45,920 nucleotides of DNA, from NCBI GenBank assembly GCA_030125685.1, contig JASJYA010000002.1, positions 1-45,920 of the forward strand, written 5' to 3'. The position numbers and the translations under genes were made by a program. The notes under the pieces were generated by a model. That model had not been told where the DNA came from. It ran no database searches and saw nothing but the letters and a program-made list of their open reading frames with translations. This document shows positions 8,230 through 16,215 of the stretch, piece by piece; position 1 is the stretch's first letter; each line of letters begins with the position of its first letter. This stretch comes from Actinomycetota bacterium (GTDB taxonomy: Bacteria; Actinomycetota; Acidimicrobiia; Spongiisociales; UBA5794).

Positions 8230-8868
8230 ATGATGAAGGTGATGCCGTCTCCACTCGATCTCTCAGCTATCGAGTCTGCGGTTCGTACTGAGCTCGACGA
8301 GAAGTACCGGGCCAGGGAGCTCACGCTCAAGAACAGCAGGCCGATCATTCGGAACTCAGCGAACGCCATCCGGGCCCTCCACAGAGGTGAGACCGAACTT
8401 GCGAGAGAGCTGATGGACGAGGTCAAAGTGCTCATTGCTGAGGCCGAGGCCGGGCTCGACGGCCACTGGGACATCTACCACGCAGGGTTCTTCTACGACG
8501 CTGTCAAGGAGTACGCCGAGGCAGAGCTGACCGCAGCGCTGCTCGCACACGAGCCGCTCCCGTCCCCCGCCGATCTGGGGGTACACGCGGTTCCATACCT
8601 GAAGGGTCTCGGCGAGGCGGTGGGGGAACAGCGCAGAAGGCTGCTTGACCAGCTGCGGAAGGGTGACCTTGACGGAGCCGAGCGCACGTTCGAGGACATG
8701 GAGGCGGTCCACGACCTCCTCACATCGATCGACTATCCCGATGGCATGACCGCAGGGCTCAGACGAACCACGGACGTCGCGCGTGCCCTCATCGAACGCT
8801 CCCGGGCAGACCTCACCTCAACTATCGTCCAAGAGCGGTTGCGCGCCCAGCTCGAAGGCGAGAAGTGA
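8230..8868 (+). CDS. Translin-family protein (COG2178-like predicted nucleic-acid-binding protein)
   Basis: 212 aa, apparently all-helical. The pattern SRPIIRNSANAIRALHRGE...AVKEYAEAE...PYLKGLGEAVGEQRRR...LRRTTDVARALIERSRADL matches the translin family layout as I recall it. Confidence 0.6.
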   Translation: MMKVMPSPLDLSAIESAVRTELDEKYRARELTLKNSRPIIRNSANAIRALHRGETELARELMDEVKVLIAEAEAGLDGHWDIYHAGFFYDAVKEYAEAELTAALLAHEPLPSPADLGVHAVPYLKGLGEAVGEQRRRLLDQLRKGDLDGAERTFEDMEAVHDLLTSIDYPDGMTAGLRRTTDVARALIERSRADLTSTIVQERLRAQLEGEK

Positions 8869-8893
8869 CCGCGGGAGTGAGTGAAAGGCTGCC

Positions 8894-10825
8894 ATGATCA
8901 TCACTGCTCCGTACGGGTCCTGGGAATCGTCGATCACGCTCTCCATGTTGACGGACGCCGGTGTGCGCCTCGGCGATGTCGTTGTCGATGGCGACGATCT
9001 CTACTGGACCGAAGGCCGTGCCCAAGAAGGTGGGCGGACCGTCATCGTTCGCCGAGATGCGCGCGGAGTGATCGCAGACGTGACGCCCGCAGGATTCAAT
9101 GCTCGATCCCGCGCGCACGAATATGGTGGAGGCGCTTACGCGGTGCGAGACGGAGTGCTGATCTCGTGCAGCTTCGAGGATCAGCGGGTGTACCTGCTCG
9201 GGGGTGACGATCCGGTGGCGATCACCCCTGAGCCCGAGATACCGGCCGGTGATCGGTACGCCGACTTCGTCTTCCACGGTGACAACATCATCTGCGTGCG
9301 TGAGCGCCATCGCGAGAGCGGTGAGCCGGTCAACTCTCTGGTGGTCTTCCCTCTCGACGGCTCCGAGGAACCGCGTGTCATTGCCGAGGGCTATGACTTC
9401 TACTCGTCTCCCCGTGTCAGTCCGGACGGAGCCACGCTGGCGTGGCTCTCCTGGGATCATCCACGAATGCCGTGGGACGGAACCGAGTTGTGGGGTGCAG
9501 CGCTTGCAGAGGACGGGTTTGTGTCTGAGCCGGAATTGCTCGCGGGGGGTGAGGCCGATTCGATCTTTCAACCTGAGTGGTCACCCGACGGTGTGCTCCA
9601 CTTCGTGTCGGATCGTTCCGGCTGGTGGAATCTGTTCCGCATGGTCGACGACAGGGCCGAGATGCTCCACGGCATGGAGGCGGAGTTCGGCGTTCCACAG
9701 TGGCAATTCGGGATGCGTCGCTATGGCTTCGCGTCCAGGGGTCGCATCGTCACCTTGTATTCGGAGAACGGATTCGATCAAATCGGGATTGTCGAGGACG
9801 GCATGCTGCGCCGCGTGCAGAACACGTCTGAGCGATTCGGCTACTGCCTGGGTGTTCGCGGCGACGTGTTCTATACCACTGCTGGGAGCGGCGGAAGCCT
9901 GCCAGCGGTCGTCGGAATCGACATCGAGACCGGGGGCGTCGAGGTCGTGAGGACAAGCCTCGACATCGACATCGACCCTGGGCTGATCAGCCATCCGAAG
10001 CCGATTGAGTTTCCAACCACTCACGGCGCGGTCGCATTCGCCTTTTACTATCCACCCCGAAACCCGTCGTTTATGGGTCCGGCGGGAGAGCAACCGCCGC
10101 TCCTCGTGCTGAGCCATGGCGGCCCGACCAGTTCTACCTCGCCGGTGCTGGACGTTGGCATTCAGTTTTGGACTTCACGCGGCTTCGCTGTTGTTGATGT
10201 CAATTACCGGGGATCGACTGGATACGGGAGGCGTTACAGGGATGCGCTCCGCGGAGAGTGGGGCGTTTCGGATGTCGACGACTGCATCAACGCCGCCCTA
10301 TATCTCGCGGACGCCGGTTTGGCGGATCCGAACCGAATGGCGATCCGAGGGGGGAGCGCAGGCGGTTACACGACTTTGTGCGCACTCACCTTCTCGGATG
10401 TCTTCGCCGCCGGTGCTTCGTACTACGGAGTCGGTGACCTGGCGGCGCTGGCTGCCGACACCCACAAGTTCGAGTCCCGCTACCTCGACAGCCTGATCGG
10501 TCCCTACCCGGAAGCAGCTGATCTGTACGACGAAAGGTCGCCGTTGCGCAATCTCGACGGATTGTCCTGTCCCGTGATCCTTTTGCAGGGACTTGACGAC
10601 GAGGTGGTTCCCCCCGCCCAGGCGCAGGAGATCGTCGCCGCGCTTCATGCAAGGGGTATCCCGCACGCTCATGTGGAGTTCGAGGGAGAGGGCCACGGTT
10701 TTCGGAGAGCCGAGAACATTGAGCGGGCTCGAGAAGCCGAGTTCTTCTTCTACTCGCGGGTATTCGGAATCGATCCGGCTGACACACTCAACCCTGTGGA
10801 GATCGAGCACGAAGAACAAATCTAG
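8894..10825 (+). CDS. S9-family serine peptidase (prolyl oligopeptidase / acylaminoacyl-peptidase type)
   Basis: 643 aa. An N-terminal propeller-like region is followed by a C-terminal alpha/beta hydrolase with the nucleophile elbow GGSAGGYT, the acid LQGLDDEVVP and the His in EGEGHGF. Confidence 0.9.
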   Translation: MIITAPYGSWESSITLSMLTDAGVRLGDVVVDGDDLYWTEGRAQEGGRTVIVRRDARGVIADVTPAGFNARSRAHEYGGGAYAVRDGVLISCSFEDQRVYLLGGDDPVAITPEPEIPAGDRYADFVFHGDNIICVRERHRESGEPVNSLVVFPLDGSEEPRVIAEGYDFYSSPRVSPDGATLAWLSWDHPRMPWDGTELWGAALAEDGFVSEPELLAGGEADSIFQPEWSPDGVLHFVSDRSGWWNLFRMVDDRAEMLHGMEAEFGVPQWQFGMRRYGFASRGRIVTLYSENGFDQIGIVEDGMLRRVQNTSERFGYCLGVRGDVFYTTAGSGGSLPAVVGIDIETGGVEVVRTSLDIDIDPGLISHPKPIEFPTTHGAVAFAFYYPPRNPSFMGPAGEQPPLLVLSHGGPTSSTSPVLDVGIQFWTSRGFAVVDVNYRGSTGYGRRYRDALRGEWGVSDVDDCINAALYLADAGLADPNRMAIRGGSAGGYTTLCALTFSDVFAAGASYYGVGDLAALAADTHKFESRYLDSLIGPYPEAADLYDERSPLRNLDGLSCPVILLQGLDDEVVPPAQAQEIVAALHARGIPHAHVEFEGEGHGFRRAENIERAREAEFFFYSRVFGIDPADTLNPVEIEHEEQI

Positions 10826-10849
10826 GACGGCCCGCCCTTCGCTGACAGG

Positions 10850-10879
10850 TTGACACATCCCCTCTCCATCCGTTACGAT
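10850..10879 (+). promoter_or_regulatory. Candidate promoter of the tetR-bzd operon: TTGACA - 18 nt - TACGAT
   Basis: Read directly: TTGACA at 10850-10855 and TACGAT (TAnnnT) at 10874-10879, 34 nt upstream of the tetR ATG. Confidence 0.45.
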
Positions 10880-10886
10880 ACGACAG

Positions 10887-10900
10887 ACCGGTCAGTCGGT
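10887..10900 (+). promoter_or_regulatory. Operator-like site ACCGGTCAGTCGGT (ACCG-N6-CGGT), site 1 of a recurrent motif
   Basis: It lies immediately downstream of the -10 element, at about the predicted TSS. Near-identical copies occur at 35868-35881 (13/14) and, on the other strand, at 43699-43712 (12/14 to the 35868 copy). Confidence 0.45.
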
Positions 10901-10912
10901 AGGTAAACGCAG

Positions 10913-11548
10913 ATGACACGAGACGCCACAAGAACCCTTGCAAGATCAAAGGCCAGATCAGAGGCCACCTCGGCCAGGATCATCGCCGCGGCCAGAACGC
11001 TCTTCGTGGCCAAGAATTACGCGGATGTCACTACGGACATGATCGCCGGGGCGGCAGGCGTGACAAAGGGCGGTCTCTATCACCACTTCCCGAGCAAGGA
11101 ACAGCTCTACATCTCGATGATACTCGACGACCTCGATCGTAAACGTCGCCTTTTCGAACAGGCCGTCGCCGCACAGGGTAATTGCCGCGACCGTCTCGCC
11201 AAACTGACCAGGGACTTCCTTGAGCAGCCGGATGAGGAACGCAAACTGGCTCGCCTTGTGCGGCGCGACATCAACATATTCACCGGGGAAGAACGGGACC
11301 GTCTCGTGCGGGCCTACCAGCTCGCTCTGCCGGAGCAGATCGAGGCGATCATCAGAGAAGGGATCGAGGACGGCGAGCTCGCCCCCGGGGATCCTCGAAT
11401 CCTCTCGTGGTCGTTCGTCGCGCTCGTCGAGGTCGTGATCGGTCGGTACGCGAACCACGTTCTCGGAAGCACTGAGGCCCGTCTCGATCATGTTCTCGAA
11501 CTCTTCTTCGACGGAGCAGGCGCCAAACCGACTGGAGGGACAGAATGA
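10913..11548 (+). CDS. TetR/AcrR-family transcriptional regulator
   Basis: 211 aa. The N-terminal HTH is RIIAAARTLFVAKNYADVTTDMIAGAAGVTKGGLYHHFPSKEQLY. The stop overlaps the next start (ATGA). Confidence 0.9.
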   Translation: MTRDATRTLARSKARSEATSARIIAAARTLFVAKNYADVTTDMIAGAAGVTKGGLYHHFPSKEQLYISMILDDLDRKRRLFEQAVAAQGNCRDRLAKLTRDFLEQPDEERKLARLVRRDINIFTGEERDRLVRAYQLALPEQIEAIIREGIEDGELAPGDPRILSWSFVALVEVVIGRYANHVLGSTEARLDHVLELFFDGAGAKPTGGTE

Positions 11549-12720
11549 CACTGACGGCGACAAGAGTCTTCACTGAGTGGCACGACAAATCGCTCGATGA
11601 TGCACTTGGCGAGTGCAGGGACATGATCGAATCCCCCGATTTCGAAACGGTGAAACGTTGGCGTGACGAAGGCGGAAAGGTCGCTGGTCACTTCCAGGTG
11701 TACTTCCCTGAAGAGATCATCCACGCAGCAGGCATGCTCCCGTTCAAGGTGCGTGGCGCACCGATGGAGCCAAACCTGGCGGACTCCCATTTCGGCTCAT
11801 ATCTCTGTTCGATCCTCAAGACTTCACTCGAAATGGCGTTGAGCGACCAGGTTCGGATGGAGATGTTCGTGTCCCACCCCATCTGTGATGCGGCCAGGAA
11901 TCTCGCGGCGATCTGGGGCCGCAACACGGACTATCCGTGCCAGATCTTGTACCTCCCGCAGAATCCGAACTCCTCCGGGAGCGCGGACTATCTCGAACAC
12001 GAGTATGACAGGATCAGAAGGGTCACCGAGGAAGTGGCAGGCGTCGAGATCACCGATGAGGCTCTCCGTGAGTCGATCGTCGTCTTCAACGAGAACCGGA
12101 AGCTCATTCGTGAGTTGTACGCCATCAAGGCGAGCACGCCATGGCTTGTCGCCGCCGAGGACGCGTACGCAATGGTCGCCCTTGCAGGGATGATCCCGCG
12201 CGAAGAGCACAACGAACTTCTCACGACGCTCATCCCGCTGATCAAGGAACGCGATCTAAAACGAGAGGATCGCATCCGCGTCGTATTCGAAGGTGGGTTC
12301 TGTGAGCAGCCGCCTTTCGATCTCATCCGAATGCTCGGGCGAACATGCTACGTGGTTGACGACGACTTCATGATCGGCCTGCGCTACATCACATCCGATG
12401 TCCCGACAGAGGGCCTCCCGCTCAGACAGCTCGCCGAGTCGTACCTCGACCGCTCCTCCTACAGCCCTGTGCAGCACGATCTCCGTAAACCGAAAGAGGA
12501 CATGCTCATCGAGCGAATCCGAGGAGCAAGAGCAGACGCGGCAATCATCGCCGCAGCCAAGATGTGCGAGCCGGGCCTCGAGGAACAAGTCACCTATACC
12601 CATGCCCTCGACGACGAGGGAATCGCGTACTTCGTGAGCGAGTTTGAGGAGAACATGAGCTCCTTCGATCAACTCGAGCTGCAGGTCGAGACATTCGTCG
12701 AGAACCTGCTCTTTCAATGA
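11545..12720 (+). CDS. bzdN: Benzoyl-CoA reductase class I catalytic subunit, BcrC/BzdN (gamma) type (BcrC/BadD/HgdB family)
   Basis: 391 aa. 2-hydroxyacyl-CoA dehydratase/BCR family features are present (FPEEIIHAAGMLPF..., conserved Cys in HPICD and KMCEPG). It is first in a C-B-ATPase-ATPase gene order. The symbol is assigned from architecture and synteny only. Confidence 0.75.
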   Translation: MTLTATRVFTEWHDKSLDDALGECRDMIESPDFETVKRWRDEGGKVAGHFQVYFPEEIIHAAGMLPFKVRGAPMEPNLADSHFGSYLCSILKTSLEMALSDQVRMEMFVSHPICDAARNLAAIWGRNTDYPCQILYLPQNPNSSGSADYLEHEYDRIRRVTEEVAGVEITDEALRESIVVFNENRKLIRELYAIKASTPWLVAAEDAYAMVALAGMIPREEHNELLTTLIPLIKERDLKREDRIRVVFEGGFCEQPPFDLIRMLGRTCYVVDDDFMIGLRYITSDVPTEGLPLRQLAESYLDRSSYSPVQHDLRKPKEDMLIERIRGARADAAIIAAAKMCEPGLEEQVTYTHALDDEGIAYFVSEFEENMSSFDQLELQVETFVENLLFQ

Positions 12721-12748
12721 GGGGAAACGTCATCACAAGGAGGCGGAG

Positions 12749-14056
12749 ATGACCACGCTAGAAGACACGCAGGAACTGCTTGGGCGAGGGAATCGTGAAG
12801 GTGCTGCTCTGTTCAAGGAGTGGTTCGCCGAACTTGATGAGACGGCGAAGACCGGTGGACTCGCTGCCTACGTATTCGTCATGGGGAGTATCAACGAGAT
12901 ACTCAAGACATTCGACCTCCCCGTCGTGTTCCCGGAGATCAACTCGCTTCAGACCGCAGTGCGCCGGGTCGCCCACGAGTATCTCGAGGAGGCGGAGGAC
13001 TATGGGTATTCGCCAGACATCTGCGGATATGTCAAAGCCGACATCGGAACCCAGCTCCGAGGCGGTGAGCATCCGATGGCTCAGATCCCGAAGCCTGGCA
13101 TCACGGTGCTTACCAACGCATGCAACACGTATATCAAGTGGGCAGAGATATGGGAGCGCATGTACAGAACGCCCATGTTCACTATCGACATACCAGGCAC
13201 GCGCCAAGCCGGCGGACAGACATGGAGAGGAAACCCCGATTTCGAAGCTGACCGTAGGTACGTCGAGGTACAGCTGAGGGAACTCATCACCTTGTGCGAA
13301 GACGTCACAGGCAAGGACTTCGACATCGACAAGTTCCGCGAGGTCCTCACCTATGCCAACACCATGAGCCGCTCATGGAAGCGGATTCTCGAACTCAACC
13401 AAGCAAGACCCTCCCTGTTCAATGCGCTGACCGATGGCACGATCTACCTCGGTGTCGCCAACGGTCTCAGGGGTACCGAGGAGGGGGCTCGATACTTCGA
13501 ACGACTCGTCGAGGAGATGGAGTACAAGGCTGCCAACGGAATCGGCCAGACTATCGATGAGAAGTACCGCCTGCTGTTCGTCGGTGTTCCCTGCTACCCG
13601 ATCTTCCGCCGGTTCAACGAGCTCTTCACAGATTGGGGCGGCACGTTCGTCAATTCGACGTATCTCTGGTTCGCGTCCGGGGGCACGAATCGGGGTTTCG
13701 AGTACGACCTTGGCGACCCGCTGGCGAGTCTCGCAGAGGGCATACTCATCAGCGTCAGGGATGCGATGGATTCCATGTTCCACCAGAACGTTGCCCTGGC
13801 AGACATGGCGCAGAACTTCGATGTCGACGGCATCATCTATCACCCGATCAAGAGCTGCAGAACGGTCTCAACCGGCCTTGCAGACAGCAGGAAGCACATG
13901 ACCGAAGAACTCGGCATACCGAGTCTGTTCATGGAGTCGGACATGATGGATCGCAGGGTTGTCTCGGAGGCCCAAATGAAGAACCGTGTGGATGCCTTCT
14001 TCGAGGGCCTCGCAACCCGGCGTCAGCAAGCCCTGGCCGACCCAAAGGTGAGGTGA
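12749..14056 (+). CDS. bzdO: Benzoyl-CoA reductase class I catalytic subunit, BcrB/BzdO (beta) type
   Basis: 435 aa. This is the second HgdA/BcrB-family subunit ([10 protein letters not shown]..., [21 protein letters not shown]). A strong SD, AAGGAGG, lies upstream. Confidence 0.75.
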   Translation: MTTLEDTQELLGRGNREGAALFKEWFAELDETAKTGGLAAYVFVMGSINEILKTFDLPVVFPEINSLQTAVRRVAHEYLEEAEDYGYSPDICGYVKADIGTQLRGGEHPMAQIPKPGITVLTNACNTYIKWAEIWERMYRTPMFTIDIPGTRQAGGQTWRGNPDFEADRRYVEVQLRELITLCEDVTGKDFDIDKFREVLTYANTMSRSWKRILELNQARPSLFNALTDGTIYLGVANGLRGTEEGARYFERLVEEMEYKAANGIGQTIDEKYRLLFVGVPCYPIFRRFNELFTDWGGTFVNSTYLWFASGGTNRGFEYDLGDPLASLAEGILISVRDAMDSMFHQNVALADMAQNFDVDGIIYHPIKSCRTVSTGLADSRKHMTEELGIPSLFMESDMMDRRVVSEAQMKNRVDAFFEGLATRRQQALADPKVR

Positions 14057-14061
14057 TCTCA

Positions 14062-14883
14062 GTGGCGTACGCAGCAGGAGTCGACGTTGGCTCCACCCAG
14101 ACCAAAGCAATCATCATCGACGAGGACGGCTCGATCGTCGGTCGCTCGCTCATCGACACTGGCGCCAATGTGGTCAAGGCAGCGGAGTCATCCTTTGTCA
14201 CCGCTCTCGCGGAAGGTGATATCGACGAGGAAGAAGTCGAGTACATCATCGGGACAGGCTACGGCCGGTATAGGGTGACATTCGGGAACAGCCAGGTGAC
14301 AGAGATCAGCTGTCACGGGCGGGGCGCCGTGCACTTGTTCCCAGAGACGAGAACCGTCGTCGACATGGGGGGCCAGGACACAAAAGCGATCGCAGTCAAC
14401 GCGAATGGAGAGATCACGGACTTCTGCATGAACGACAAATGTGCTGCAGGGACAGGTCGCTTCCTTGGAGCTGCCGCAGACGCCTTGGATATCCCGCTTG
14501 ACGACCTTGGTCCGGTCTCACTCAAGAGCACGAAACCGGTCAAGATCAGTACCACGTGCACCGTGTTCGCCGAGTCAGAGATACTCGCTTGGATCGGCAA
14601 GGGCAAGAAGATCGAGGATATCCTGTGGGGTGTCCACAAGTCGATTGCGGCCCGATCGGCCGGGCTGATGCGACGAGTCGGTATCAACGATGAGATCACC
14701 TTCACAGGAGGTGTCACTCGCAATGTTGGAATGGTCAAAGCGCTCGAGGATCGCCTCGATAAGCACCTGAACATCAGTGATGACTGCCACTACATGGGTG
14801 CCCTTGGCGCCGCCCTGTTCGCGCTCGACAGCGTGAAGGCTGGACGAGCTCCAGTCGGCAGAACGGCCGCGGTGACGTCGTGA
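14062..14883 (+). CDS. bzdP: Benzoyl-CoA reductase ATPase subunit (BcrAD/BadFG activase family), first copy
   Basis: 273 aa from the GTG at 14062 (SD AGGTGAGG). It has the ASKHA ATPase N-terminus [14 protein letters not shown] and the cluster-ligand motifs [12 protein letters not shown] and CTVFAESE. The symbol is by gene order only. Confidence 0.8.
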   Translation: MAYAAGVDVGSTQTKAIIIDEDGSIVGRSLIDTGANVVKAAESSFVTALAEGDIDEEEVEYIIGTGYGRYRVTFGNSQVTEISCHGRGAVHLFPETRTVVDMGGQDTKAIAVNANGEITDFCMNDKCAAGTGRFLGAAADALDIPLDDLGPVSLKSTKPVKISTTCTVFAESEILAWIGKGKKIEDILWGVHKSIAARSAGLMRRVGINDEITFTGGVTRNVGMVKALEDRLDKHLNISDDCHYMGALGAALFALDSVKAGRAPVGRTAAVTS

Positions 14884-15707
14884 TCATCACAGCAGGACTG
14901 GACGTCGGATCCACCTACACCAAAGCAGTCATCCAGGGAGAAGACGGCGAGATCCTCGGTAAGGCCTTCGGTCCGACAGGGTTCAGACTCCGCGAGATGG
15001 CACGTTCGATCTACGCCGAGGCACTCACCAATGCCGACCTTCACGAGAAGGACATCGCCTATGTGATCGCAACAGGCGCGGGACGTCACCAGGTCGATTT
15101 CAAGGATCTCCATGTGACGGACCTCACCGCGAGCGCCCGAGGTGCCTGTTTCCTGTTCCCGGGCACGCGCACGATCCTCGACATCGGTGGTCAGACGATG
15201 AAGGCGAGCAGGGTGGATGAATCTGCACAGGTTCAGTCATTCAGGCTCAACGACAAATGTGCTGCCGGCACGGGGGCCTTCTTGGAGAAGACGGCGCGAT
15301 ACATGGGCTACAGCACCCAGGAGATCGGTTCGCTGATGACAACATCGAAGGAGTCCGTCCCGATTTCCGGCGTATGCGCGGTTTTTGCTGAGTCTGAGGT
15401 GATCAACCATCTCTCCATCGGCACATCGCCTGCGGACATCATGCAGGGAGCCATCGAGTCGCTCACAGGTCGTTCAGTGCAGCTCATGAAGCGGGTGAGG
15501 GCTGAGCCCGAGTACACGCTCGTCGGAGGGATCCTCAGGTTCGAGACGATGGGTCGATCTGTCAGTCAGGTGCTCGAAGCCGATGTCAACGTGCCGGATG
15601 AAGAGATGGTTCAGTATGTATCGGCGCTGGGCTGCGCGATTCTGGCTCGTCGACGGTTGGAGAAGCTTGGTGCTGAAGTCGATGTTGAGGCGGCGGTATC
15701 GGCGTGA
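14880..15707 (+). CDS. bzdQ: Benzoyl-CoA reductase ATPase subunit (BcrAD/BadFG family), second non-identical copy
   Basis: 275 aa with [25 protein letters not shown] and [13 protein letters not shown] overlap joins it to the preceding gene. The symbol is by gene order only. Confidence 0.8.
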   Translation: MIITAGLDVGSTYTKAVIQGEDGEILGKAFGPTGFRLREMARSIYAEALTNADLHEKDIAYVIATGAGRHQVDFKDLHVTDLTASARGACFLFPGTRTILDIGGQTMKASRVDESAQVQSFRLNDKCAAGTGAFLEKTARYMGYSTQEIGSLMTTSKESVPISGVCAVFAESEVINHLSIGTSPADIMQGAIESLTGRSVQLMKRVRAEPEYTLVGGILRFETMGRSVSQVLEADVNVPDEEMVQYVSALGCAILARRRLEKLGAEVDVEAAVSA

Positions 15708-15976
15708 ATACGACGGAGGAGACCGAGCCTGTTTACTGTTCTGAGGGCATCCAGATCCTGCGAGCTCCGGTCCTCGCTTCCGGCGGGTGGAAGCGGCGTA
15801 CCGTCACCGATCCGCAGCGAGTGGACGAACTTGTGGATCTCTACACAGACCTGGGGTACGAGACGATGACGACGGGACTCGATCCCTCAAGCTTCGGCAA
15901 GGCGTGCATGGCCTGCGCTGTCACCGCGTGCGCAACCTATGTCGCGTTGTTCACCCGCAGACCGGATGGCGGCTGA
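15704..15976 (+). CDS. Small (90 aa) Cys-containing protein of unknown function, translationally coupled to the reductase
   Basis: The GTG start overlaps the preceding TGA. Cys residues fall at 12, 68, 71 and 76 (C-X55-C-X2-C-X4-C). This is not a canonical CxxCxxCxxxCP ferredoxin, and no family was recognised. Confidence 0.5.
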   Translation: MNTTEETEPVYCSEGIQILRAPVLASGGWKRRTVTDPQRVDELVDLYTDLGYETMTTGLDPSSFGKACMACAVTACATYVALFTRRPDGG

Positions 15977-16073
15977 ACCGAACCGCCCCGGCAAGGGATG
16001 TCGTTGACTTATCCCCGGCTCGTCGAGACGGTCACCTTCGAGCGAACCTCACTCTCGTTGGTTTCCCATCACG

Positions 16074-16191
16074 TCTGCCGACAAGGGAGAGGAACCCCCA
16101 GTCCGAAGTGTGCTTCCCCGGCACGGTGCGTCGCAATCTGTATCGTGACTCGCCAATCCTGATCTGTCCCAGAGACCACACGGTGTCGGCA
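16074..16191 (+). promoter_or_regulatory. Possible structured 5' leader of the P-type ATPase gene, closed by a 9-bp helix
   Basis: CTGCCGACA (16074-16082) is exactly complementary to TGTCGGCAG (16183-16191), and the second arm ends 24 nt before the ATG. GGGAGAGG follows the 5' arm and AGAGACC precedes the 3' arm. No riboswitch class was securely recognised. Confidence 0.25.
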
Positions 16192-16215
16192 GGTTGGCGG
16201 TAGGCTCGAAAGGGT

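Noticed and set aside
15977-16215. A firm assignment of the ATPase leader to the yybP-ykoY (Mn2+) or M-box riboswitch class.
   Set aside because: I could only match short, loosely remembered loop words. Without a covariance-model search the class call is not supportable, so it is kept only as a low-confidence structured-leader observation.
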